32,000 nt of DNA, taken from Nanopusillaceae archaeon. GTDB lineage: Archaea; Nanobdellota; Nanobdellia; Nanobdellales; Nanobdellaceae. The stretch lies in NCBI GenBank assembly GCA_049974095.1, contig JBMFJD010000008.1, forward strand, positions 1-32,000. The letters are read 5' to 3'. Positions 8,674-17,018 of this stretch are shown here, in pieces (the stretch's first letter is position 1; each line of letters begins with the position of its first letter). The notes below the pieces were generated by a model. The model searched no databases. It had not been told where the DNA came from and saw only the letters and a list, made by a program, of their open reading frames with translations. A program made the translations under genes and the position numbers.

Positions 8674-9401
8674 TATTGATACATAGAAAAACTGGAAAAA
8701 AATTTTATATAGAAAATAGCGATAAAGATTTTAATACAAATTTTGGAATAATAAAAAAAGAAGATTTAAATAAAGAACCTGGTAGCATAATAAAATCACA
8801 TTTAGGGGAAGAATTTTTAATACTAGAAGATAATTTTAATGATTTAATTAGATATTTAAAAAGAGGGCCTCAATCAATACATGAAAAAGATATTGGATTA
8901 CTATATTCATTAGTAAATATATCTCAAGGAATGAGAATTGTTGAAGGAGGAACTGGTTCAGGAATTTTAACTTCATATTTAGCGAATTCTATAAAACCAA
9001 ATGGGAAAGTATATTCATATGAAATAAGAGAAGATTTTTATAATATTGCAAAAAGAAATCTGGAAAAATTAAAATTATTGGATTATGTTGAATTAAAACT
9101 AAAAGATATAAATAAAGGAATCGATGAAAAAGATATAGATTTAATAATATTAGATATACCTAATCCATGGAATATATTAAATTATGCATATGAATCATTA
9201 AAACCTGGAGGATATTTAGTTTCATTTTTGCCAAATATAACTTCAGTATTAAAATTATTAGATTCAAATGATAAATTTTTATTAGTTGGAATATATGAAA
9301 ATTTTGTTAGGAAATGGAAATATGAAAAAGGAAAGGTTTTAAGACCTAGAAATAAAGAAATTGTTCATACAGAATTTTCAGTATTATTTAGGAAAGTATA
9401 A
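8670..9401 (+). CDS. trmI: tRNA (adenine-N1)-methyltransferase, TrmI/Gcd14 family
   Basis: 243-aa ORF. SAM motif IVEGGTGSGILTSYLA and LDIPNPW motif. 4-nt overlap with the upstream gene. Confidence 0.8.
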   Translation: MILIHRKTGKKFYIENSDKDFNTNFGIIKKEDLNKEPGSIIKSHLGEEFLILEDNFNDLIRYLKRGPQSIHEKDIGLLYSLVNISQGMRIVEGGTGSGILTSYLANSIKPNGKVYSYEIREDFYNIAKRNLEKLKLLDYVELKLKDINKGIDEKDIDLIILDIPNPWNILNYAYESLKPGGYLVSFLPNITSVLKLLDSNDKFLLVGIYENFVRKWKYEKGKVLRPRNKEIVHTEFSVLFRKV

Positions 9402-9426
9402 TAAAAATTAAGTATAAAATATAATA

Positions 9427-10260
9427 ATGATAAAACCAAAGAAATTACATTTTGGTCCAGCAGGAGTACCATTATCTTCACCAAAAAGAGATACATTTAA
9501 TGGGATAAAATATACATATGAAGAATTAAATTTGGATGGATTAGAAATGGAATTTACTTATGGAGTAAAATTAAAGGAGGATGTTGCAAATCAAATAAAG
9601 GAATATTTATCAGATAAGGAATTTATTTTAACAGCTCATGCACCATATTATATTAATTTGAATGCAGAAGAGGAAAGTAAAGTAAAAAAATCTATAGATA
9701 TGCTATATAATGCTGCAAAGATAACATATTTATCTGGTGGATATTCTGTAGTATTTCATCCAGGTTGGTATTTAAAAAATTCTAATGAAGAGACATACAA
9801 TAAAATAAAAGAAAATTTAAAGATAGTAATTGAAAAATTAAAAGATGAAAATATTGATATATATGTAAGACCAGAAACAATGGAAATGAAGAAAAAATTT
9901 GGAGAAGTAGAAGAAGTAATAAAATTATCACAAGAAATTGAAAATGTATTACCTGCAATAGATTTTGCTCATTTAAGATATAGAAATGAAAGAAATGATA
10001 TAGAATATTTTAGGGAAATATTAGAAAAAATTGAAAATGAATTGGGAAAGGAAGCATTAGAAAATATGCATATACATATGTCAGGAATATTATTAGATAA
10101 AAAAGGAACTCATTGTAATTTGGAAGAATCAGATATGCCATGGAAAGATATATTAAAATTATTAAAAGAATTTAATGTAAAAGGAATTGTTATATCAGAA
10201 TCTCCAAATATTGAAGAAGATGCTATAAAAATGAGAGATTATTACAAAAAATTAAAGTAG
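9427..10260 (+). CDS. nfo: Endonuclease IV-family AP endonuclease (TIM barrel)
   Basis: 277-aa ORF with the ordered metal-ligand motifs of Endo IV: LTAHAPYYINL, VVFHPGWY, VRPETM, IDFAHL, MHIHMSG, VISESP. Confidence 0.75.
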   Translation: MIKPKKLHFGPAGVPLSSPKRDTFNGIKYTYEELNLDGLEMEFTYGVKLKEDVANQIKEYLSDKEFILTAHAPYYINLNAEEESKVKKSIDMLYNAAKITYLSGGYSVVFHPGWYLKNSNEETYNKIKENLKIVIEKLKDENIDIYVRPETMEMKKKFGEVEEVIKLSQEIENVLPAIDFAHLRYRNERNDIEYFREILEKIENELGKEALENMHIHMSGILLDKKGTHCNLEESDMPWKDILKLLKEFNVKGIVISESPNIEEDAIKMRDYYKKLK

Positions 10261-11742
10261 ATTTTTTGCTAAATTAATAAATGCAGGTCTTGTTAATAGA
10301 TATCCAATACCTACAGTAATAATTACCATTACAGCAAATCCTCTATATAATGCCAAACCCGCAACAAATGCTGGAAATACTGCCAATGCTTCTAATATAA
10401 TTGCTAATAAAATAATAAACATCGCTTTTTTAATTGCCCTATCCATTATATTAACTTCTTTCTTTTCATTTGAATATTTTGCTCTTAATATTTCTTCTGT
10501 AGCAACTAATTGATCATCAATTCCTGTAGCAGTTCCAAATATAATACCAATAAATGCTGGAATATCATATGTTTGATGCATGGCAATTCCAATTGCAAAT
10601 GCAATTGCAAATTCAGATATTAATGTTAATGTAATTAATAAAGGTACCCTTATTTTTCTATAAACTGGGAATAATACTGCAATTATTCCTGCAAATACTA
10701 ATAGTATTGAAAATTCTAATGATTTTAATATATATTGACCAAATATTGGTGGAATTTCTGATTCTTGTACAATATTAAACTTTGAAGGTAATTGACCATT
10801 TTCTAAAATAATATATAAATTATACGCATTTTGGTATGCATTATATTGTGCTTGTGCCCTTGTATTTCCAACTCCAGATACTTGAATAGAAACCTGTTGT
10901 GCAGCCTGTCCTTTTAAATCTGCAGCAATTAATAATGTGGATACATTTTTATTATCTAGATAAAATACAATTGGTTCACTTAAATATGCACCTCCCGATT
11001 GAAATACTATAGATAAATTTTGGGTTAATTCTGCAAATCTCTGTGCAGCTTCTGGAGATAAAATTAATGTAAAATAGTATTGACATACATATTGACTTAC
11101 TGAAGGAGAGCATCCTAATAGTCCAGAATATTGTCCTCCAAATAATGGTTTTACTTCAGATCCTGTAAATACTGTTTGATTATCAATTTTTGCATAAAAG
11201 TTTCCTTGTTGTATTATATAAGGAATTAAATATCCTTCAGAATATGGCAATTCAACAATAATATATCCTGTAGATGTTGGATAAATATTTATAGATTTTA
11301 CTCCAAAAGAATTTAGCCTATTTTCAATAACTTGAGAAGCAATTGTTAGCTGTTGTGGAGTTAAAGGTTCTGAAGAATTTAATATTAATAAATATCCCCC
11401 AGCAATGTCAATTCCATATGAAATATATGAAATTTGTGTAATACTTGTCTCATTTAATAAATAATTATATTGATATGGTTGTAGAACAATATTTCCTTCA
11501 CTAGTACTAATTGTTAAAAATGAAGAATTAATATTTTGATATAAGCATGAATAATATGAAGATAAAGAATTTGCAGTACATCCATTTATTGAATAAATAT
11601 ATGTTCCATTTGGTAATACAGGGCTACTTAATACTTCTATTTTATTATTATTTATTGCAAATATACTGTATCCTAATGCAACTAATAAAATAATAAAAAA
11701 TAACATTATTCTCCAATCTTTTAATATTGATTTTATATCCAT
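10252..11742 (-). CDS. secD: Protein-export membrane protein SecD-like
   Basis: 496-aa ORF. One N-terminal TM segment, a roughly 310-aa extracytoplasmic domain with GIDIAGG (compare SecD GLDLxGG), then five C-terminal TM segments with GTATGIDDQLVATEEILR (compare GxxVDxxIxxxERIxE). Confidence 0.6.
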   Translation of the reverse strand: MDIKSILKDWRIMLFFIILLVALGYSIFAINNNKIEVLSSPVLPNGTYIYSINGCTANSLSSYYSCLYQNINSSFLTISTSEGNIVLQPYQYNYLLNETSITQISYISYGIDIAGGYLLILNSSEPLTPQQLTIASQVIENRLNSFGVKSINIYPTSTGYIIVELPYSEGYLIPYIIQQGNFYAKIDNQTVFTGSEVKPLFGGQYSGLLGCSPSVSQYVCQYYFTLILSPEAAQRFAELTQNLSIVFQSGGAYLSEPIVFYLDNKNVSTLLIAADLKGQAAQQVSIQVSGVGNTRAQAQYNAYQNAYNLYIILENGQLPSKFNIVQESEIPPIFGQYILKSLEFSILLVFAGIIAVLFPVYRKIRVPLLITLTLISEFAIAFAIGIAMHQTYDIPAFIGIIFGTATGIDDQLVATEEILRAKYSNEKKEVNIMDRAIKKAMFIILLAIILEALAVFPAFVAGLALYRGFAVMVIITVGIGYLLTRPAFINLAKNLL

Positions 11743-11766
11743 AAAGAAAATTTATGTAAAATATTT

Positions 11767-12348
11767 TTATGGTTTACCTTTCGAGTATCCTTTTGTTACT
11801 CCCATTGCAATTAAATGTGCAACCCTAACAGGTTCTGGTATTCTTGAATATACAGAAGTCAATTTTATTATTTCTATTACTTCATTATAATCTATTCCAT
11901 AATATTGGAAATATAATTTTCCATATTTTGTTTCAATATATTTTGGTTCAGGATATCTTTTTATTATTTCAATTCTTTTTTCCCAATCTTTTGTATTTTT
12001 TGCTGCTTCAATAAATTTTTCCAAATTTGGCTTTTTTCTAACAACAGAAATTATTGGCAAATTAAGATTTTCATATAAATATTCAAAATCTAGTAGATTA
12101 AAACCTGCAAAAGAAATTCCATTTGTTATAATAATTTTTATTTGATCATAATGTTTTGTTCTTTTTATCATTTCAATTATTTTATCATTTACATCAAATC
12201 CATCAATTTCTATTTTATTAGATAATATTCCATCAATTTGCTTATGTCCCCTCATTATTACTCCAACTATTAAAGATTCTCTATCTTTATTTCTATCAAA
12301 ATATCCATCATCAATTCCTACAATCCTGATTTCTTCTTTAATAACCAT
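11767..12348 (-). CDS. UPF0215/DUF99 family protein
   Basis: 193-aa ORF. N-terminal IRIVGIDDGYF and overall layout match the conserved archaeal DUF99 family as I remember it. Function not asserted. Confidence 0.6.
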   Translation of the reverse strand: MVIKEEIRIVGIDDGYFDRNKDRESLIVGVIMRGHKQIDGILSNKIEIDGFDVNDKIIEMIKRTKHYDQIKIIITNGISFAGFNLLDFEYLYENLNLPIISVVRKKPNLEKFIEAAKNTKDWEKRIEIIKRYPEPKYIETKYGKLYFQYYGIDYNEVIEIIKLTSVYSRIPEPVRVAHLIAMGVTKGYSKGKP

Positions 12349-12908
12349 CTATTAATATATTTTTCCCAATCTACTTTAAAAAATATTATACTTAAAATTA
12401 GAAACAAAATAGATGAATAAATTGATAAATAAAACAAATTGATATTTATAATATAACTTATTTTTTTCAATAAATATATTTCTATGTAAATTTCTGCAAA
12501 AGATTTTATTATTTTTCCAATTATTGTTGTAACATAATATTTTATTATTCCTGTTTTTTCAATCCCAAATGAAAGAAAAAACAGATCATCTATTGGAAAA
12601 AAAGGTAAAATTGTAAAGAAGAAGAATAATATAATAAAATATTTACTTTTTGATATTTTTTTAATAAAAATTAGATTTCTATTATATCTTAAAGGTTTTG
12701 ATAATAAAATACCTAATAAATACATAAATAATTTTCCTGTTGCAGCACCAATTCCCAATATTATTGAAATAATAATCATATTTTGGAAATTTATTCCTTC
12801 TATAATTAATATTGGTAATGATAATATAGTAAAGGGAGATCCAAATAATGGAAAAGCATTTAATATAAATGATTCTGAGAAAATATACAATATATCAAAA
12901 ATATTCAT
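12318..12908 (-). CDS. Hypothetical polytopic membrane protein
   Basis: 196-aa hydrophobic ORF, co-directional, with 4-nt overlap to MBF1. No family motif confidently recognised. Confidence 0.45.
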   Translation of the reverse strand: MNIFDILYIFSESFILNAFPLFGSPFTILSLPILIIEGINFQNMIIISIILGIGAATGKLFMYLLGILLSKPLRYNRNLIFIKKISKSKYFIILFFFFTILPFFPIDDLFFLSFGIEKTGIIKYYVTTIIGKIIKSFAEIYIEIYLLKKISYIININLFYLSIYSSILFLILSIIFFKVDWEKYINRWLLKKKSGL

Positions 12909-13348
12909 TCTTCGAATTCTAAAATATCTCCAACAGTAACATAATCTGGTTTTTTATTTTCATTTAATTTTTCGGTTAATACTTCTTTCCTAGTAATTTT
13001 TATTCCCAATATTTTTTCAATTTTCTTTGCTAAATTTAAATCAGGTATTATTTTCTTATTTTCAATTGCCCTATATAAATTTTCCTTAATTCCTAACAAT
13101 TTTGCCATATCTTCTTGTTTCAAATTATGTTCTTCTCTATATTTTATTAATATTTTATTATAATTTTCATCAACTATTTCTCCAACGATATCTTTTATCT
13201 CTATTTTTTTATTTTCAATTATATTTCCTTTTTCATCAACTATTTTTCCATATTTTTTACAATCCTCACAAACATATAATATTGTTCCCTCAATTAGCAC
13301 TTTATATAATTTATCAGTCTTTTTTCCGCATAATTCACATGTCTTCAT
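12905..13348 (-). CDS. mbf1: Archaeal multiprotein bridging factor 1 (zinc ribbon + Cro/C1 HTH)
   Basis: 147-aa ORF. N-terminal CELCGK...CEDC zinc ribbon and C-terminal HTH REEHNLKQEDMAKLLGIKENLYRAIENKK. Confidence 0.85.
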   Translation of the reverse strand: MKTCELCGKKTDKLYKVLIEGTILYVCEDCKKYGKIVDEKGNIIENKKIEIKDIVGEIVDENYNKILIKYREEHNLKQEDMAKLLGIKENLYRAIENKKIIPDLNLAKKIEKILGIKITRKEVLTEKLNENKKPDYVTVGDILEFEE

Positions 13349-13968
13349 TTTATTAATTTTAATATTATATCTTTATATTCTATTGCTATTAATATTCCAG
13401 CAACAATTCCAAATGCTATTGCTGCAGAAATTAGTAAATAATATAATGTATCTACTAATATAGTAGAATTAAATCCAACATATGATAATGCAATTGTTAA
13501 GAAAATATATATAAATAATCCTTTTATAAACATTCTTGCATTTTGTTTCGCATTAAATAATATTGAAATTCCTTCTCCAATTCCAACTCCAACTAAAACA
13601 ATTATTAGTGCAATATATATTGTATTTAATATTCCAAATAAGAAATAAAGATTTGGAAAATCTGTTATTATACCAATTATTATAAAATATAGAATTATAT
13701 AATATTTGGTTAGATCTAGAATTATTTGAGAGACCTTTTTTCCAAAAAATAAACTTGGATATTTTTCAGTTAATCTATCTAATTTTATATATCCAAAAAT
13801 AATTCTTAATATAAATACAGATATTTTTGCAATTATATATCCTATTATTAAAAATATTAAAAATATTATAAAATCTGCAAAATATATTGGAGATTGTACA
13901 ATAAATTCTAAAAGAGGTTTTCCTATTGTCCCATAGATCTTTAATAACACTTGACTAATTAAATCCAT
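13345..13968 (-). CDS. Hypothetical polytopic membrane protein
   Basis: 207-aa ORF with about five hydrophobic segments. First gene of a four-gene overlapping unit. Confidence 0.45.
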   Translation of the reverse strand: MDLISQVLLKIYGTIGKPLLEFIVQSPIYFADFIIFLIFLIIGYIIAKISVFILRIIFGYIKLDRLTEKYPSLFFGKKVSQIILDLTKYYIILYFIIIGIITDFPNLYFLFGILNTIYIALIIVLVGVGIGEGISILFNAKQNARMFIKGLFIYIFLTIALSYVGFNSTILVDTLYYLLISAAIAFGIVAGILIAIEYKDIILKLIK

Positions 13969-13980
13969 TAAATAATTATT

Positions 13981-13998
13981 GAAAAAATTTTTATAAAG
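13981..13998 (+). promoter_or_regulatory. BRE/TATA-like element GAAAAAATTTTTATAAAG upstream of tRNA-Ile
   Basis: The A-run plus T-rich TATA-like box ends with G exactly 26 nt upstream of tRNA position 1 (14024). A near-identical element sits at the same distance from tRNA-Leu. Confidence 0.5.
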
Positions 13999-14023
13999 GA
14001 TTAAATAAAATTATTCTTCATCT

Positions 14024-14096
14024 GGGCCCGTGGCTCAGAGGCTAGAGCGCCCGGCTGATAACCGGGAGGTCGGGGGTTCGAATCCCCCCGGGCCCA
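14024..14096 (+). tRNA. tRNA-Ile (anticodon GAU)
   Basis: Hand-folded cloverleaf. Acceptor GGGCCCG/CGGGCCC, anticodon stem CCCGG/CCGGG, loop CTGATAA, T arm GGGGG-TTCGAAT-CCCCC, discriminator A. No encoded CCA. Confidence 0.93.
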
Positions 14097-15254
14097 CTAT
14101 TTATTTAAACTTTCTTTCTTTATTTTTGAATAAATTAAAATGTTTAATGTATTAAAAAGTAGAGAAAAAATAAAGGGTAAAAATATTGTTATTGATAATA
14201 AATATCCTCCTATAGATTGAAATATAAAAGATCCAAATATTCTTAAAGATTGATTTGCCCCAAATGTTTCTGTCATATATTTATGTGTATTTTCAGAAAT
14301 TAGTTCTTGTTGTGCAGGTATTGATATAACTCTAAATATAATAAAACCAGATAATGATATTATTGATAAAATAATATTTGAAAGAAATACAAATAATAAT
14401 GTTAATATTAAAAATATCATTGAAATAGATCTAAAAATAATTATTTTATCATATATAGACCATTTAATATATTTTTCAACTAAATAAATAGATAATGTTG
14501 ATAATAAACCAATTATAGTATAAATAATACTTATTATATCTTTTGTTAATCCTAAATAATGATTAAATATTATTGGAATAAAATTATATATTACTCCTAC
14601 TCCAGCTCCATTTAAAAATCCAGCAATTATTATTAATTTACTAATTTCTTTTTCATTTCTTACAATTTTTTCGCTTATTTCTTCTTCTTTATTTTCTATT
14701 TTTTCTAATTTAAACAATAATAATGTAGAAATTGTTAAAATAATTATTCCAAATATTATATCAAATTTATAATTAAATAATAATAATAATGCTCCTAGAG
14801 AGCCGGAAAGCCCAGATAATATAATAAAGTTAGAATATACTTTTTCTCTATCTTCTTTCACATAATATGGAATTAAAGAATTAATTATTGGTGTTACAGT
14901 TGCTCCAACTCCTCCTCCAGCTAATGTTCCAACAGTTCCAAATCCACCTAAAATAAATGATAAAGATAGTAAATATATGTTTGAGTAAAAGAGGTAAAAT
15001 ATAATTAAAGAGATTGGATATAAAAATGAAATAAATATAAGTAATTTTATTTTATCATATTTATCTCCAATATATCCTATAAGAAATGACAATAACGCTT
15101 GAGATAATGCGCCAATTGAAAATAAGATTCCTATATATAATAAAGGTAATTTTAGGATATTAAATAAAAATAAACTTAAAAATACTGTAACATATCCTGA
15201 AATAAAACTTCTAATTATTCTAAATATATATAATATTTTTATATTTTTGTTCAT
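14097..15254 (-). CDS. MFS-type transporter
   Basis: 385-aa ORF with about 10-12 hydrophobic segments, a charged central loop (KLEKIENKEEEISEK) and the MFS-like motif GYIGDKYDK after TM2. The stop codon abuts the tRNA-Ile 3' end. Confidence 0.65.
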   Translation of the reverse strand: MNKNIKILYIFRIIRSFISGYVTVFLSLFLFNILKLPLLYIGILFSIGALSQALLSFLIGYIGDKYDKIKLLIFISFLYPISLIIFYLFYSNIYLLSLSFILGGFGTVGTLAGGGVGATVTPIINSLIPYYVKEDREKVYSNFIILSGLSGSLGALLLLFNYKFDIIFGIIILTISTLLLFKLEKIENKEEEISEKIVRNEKEISKLIIIAGFLNGAGVGVIYNFIPIIFNHYLGLTKDIISIIYTIIGLLSTLSIYLVEKYIKWSIYDKIIIFRSISMIFLILTLLFVFLSNIILSIISLSGFIIFRVISIPAQQELISENTHKYMTETFGANQSLRIFGSFIFQSIGGYLLSITIFLPFIFSLLFNTLNILIYSKIKKESLNK

Positions 15255-16915
15255 ATTTCTTCTTTTCTTTGTTTTTCATATAATTCTTTTATCCTTTGTA
15301 TAGTATCTGTATCTTTTTCACTTTTATCCCATCTTATTCTATTTACTCTTGCAAATCTTAATGCAAATCCAGATTTATATTTTGGGCTTTTTTGTATTTC
15401 ATCATATATTACTTCTACAACTATTTTTGGTTTAAACCATACAATTCTTCCCTCTTCTTTTATTTTATATTTTAATAATTCCTTTGTCAATTGTTCATAT
15501 TCTTTATCAGATAATCCTTTGAATGTTTTTGTTACCATTAAAAATTCTCCAGTATTTTTATCTCTTGCAGCTAAATATAAATCTGAAATAAAATTTTTTC
15601 TTCTACTATGCCCCCATTCTCCTCCAATTATTACCAAATCTAATGGTTCTAAATGTCCTTTTATTTTTAACCATGTTTTATCTCTTTTTCCAGGTATATA
15701 TATTGAATCTAATTTCTTTGCAACTAATCCTTCATTTTTCATATTTATTGATTCTTCAAAAAATTTTCTTGCTTCTTCTTCTTTATTTGTTATTATTCCT
15801 GGAACTAAATCTATACTTCTCCTTATCTTTTCCAATATTTTTCTTCTTTCTTCATATGGTTTATTTATTAATAATTCTCCATTAAGATATATAATATCAA
15901 ATAAAAATAATCTTGCAGGTATTTCTTTTATATATTTTTCAATTTCATGTTCTCTTTTTATTCTTTTTACAATTTCTTGAAATGGCAATGGTAGATTTTT
16001 ATTATAATCCCATCCAACAATTTCTCCTTCAACTACAACTTCTTTTTCTTTTATATTTTCTAAAATTAATTTTACAATATCTGGAAAAGAATTTGTTACA
16101 TCTTTTAATCTTCTAGTAAATATCTTTATTTCATTATCTTTTTTATGTATTTGTGCTCTTATTCCATCAAATTTAAATTCAAATGCTGCAGGAGAGAAAT
16201 TATCAAACACTTCTCTAAAATTATTTGCTTTTTCTGCTAACATTGGTTTAAATGGGTGAAACAATCTAATATTTATACCTTCAATATTTTTCTTTTCATA
16301 TAAATATTCTGCTAAAACTCCAATATCTCCAATTATTGCGTGTGCAATTTTTATTTTATCATCAGGTATATTATAAATATAAGATAAGCAATCCTCAATT
16401 GTTCCTTCTAAAACTCCATATCTCATATCTCCTTGTAATATTCTTGTTAATAATTTTGCCTCTAGAGGATCTAAATTTTTATATATACCTTCTAAATATA
16501 ATATTCTTTTTTCTCTAGATCCTTCCCCTTCCAATTTTTCCAATTTTTTTAATTCATTATATATATCAATTATAGTATATTTTTTTGAAAACCATTTATT
16601 TATTTTTATTTCTCCTTTTTGGTATATTACTTTTACAGCTTCTCCTAAATCTCCAGTATTTTTATATAAATTAGATAACTCTTTTTTATTTACTCCCAGA
16701 TTTTCTAATACTCTTACAATTGTTCCAACAGATACATTTAATTTTCTTTCAATCCATTCTTCTTCAAGATTTCCCAATATTAACCAAATAGTTATTTTTA
16801 ATTCATCCTTATCTAATTCTTTTATAAATCTAGATAAAACATCAACTTTTAATGATTTTTCATTTATCTTTTCAACTTTTTCCATTATTTCTGCAAGTTT
16901 GGAAAAATATTTCAT
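15251..16915 (-). CDS. lig: ATP-dependent DNA ligase
   Basis: 554-aa ORF. Adenylation motif I EFKFDGIRAQIHK (KxDG), VVEGEIV (III), LFLFDIIYLNG (IIIa), EGLVAKK (IV), TWLKIK (V). Confidence 0.92.
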   Translation of the reverse strand: MKYFSKLAEIMEKVEKINEKSLKVDVLSRFIKELDKDELKITIWLILGNLEEEWIERKLNVSVGTIVRVLENLGVNKKELSNLYKNTGDLGEAVKVIYQKGEIKINKWFSKKYTIIDIYNELKKLEKLEGEGSREKRILYLEGIYKNLDPLEAKLLTRILQGDMRYGVLEGTIEDCLSYIYNIPDDKIKIAHAIIGDIGVLAEYLYEKKNIEGINIRLFHPFKPMLAEKANNFREVFDNFSPAAFEFKFDGIRAQIHKKDNEIKIFTRRLKDVTNSFPDIVKLILENIKEKEVVVEGEIVGWDYNKNLPLPFQEIVKRIKREHEIEKYIKEIPARLFLFDIIYLNGELLINKPYEERRKILEKIRRSIDLVPGIITNKEEEARKFFEESINMKNEGLVAKKLDSIYIPGKRDKTWLKIKGHLEPLDLVIIGGEWGHSRRKNFISDLYLAARDKNTGEFLMVTKTFKGLSDKEYEQLTKELLKYKIKEEGRIVWFKPKIVVEVIYDEIQKSPKYKSGFALRFARVNRIRWDKSEKDTDTIQRIKELYEKQRKEEI

Positions 16916-17018
16916 TTTATATTTTCATATTTCAAAATTTAAATTCTATTTTTTCTTTATTAATGGAAAATTATAGGTTGGAGGAAAAGCAAATAAAAAT
17001 AAATAATTAAAAATAATT

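Noticed and set aside
16963-17018. A GGAGG at 16980-16984 as a Shine-Dalgarno site for the helicase, and a 15-codon upstream ORF starting at 16963.
   Set aside because: The GGAGG is about 35 nt upstream of the helicase ATG, too far for an SD interaction. The mini-ORF (MENYRLEEKQIKINN) has no supporting features.
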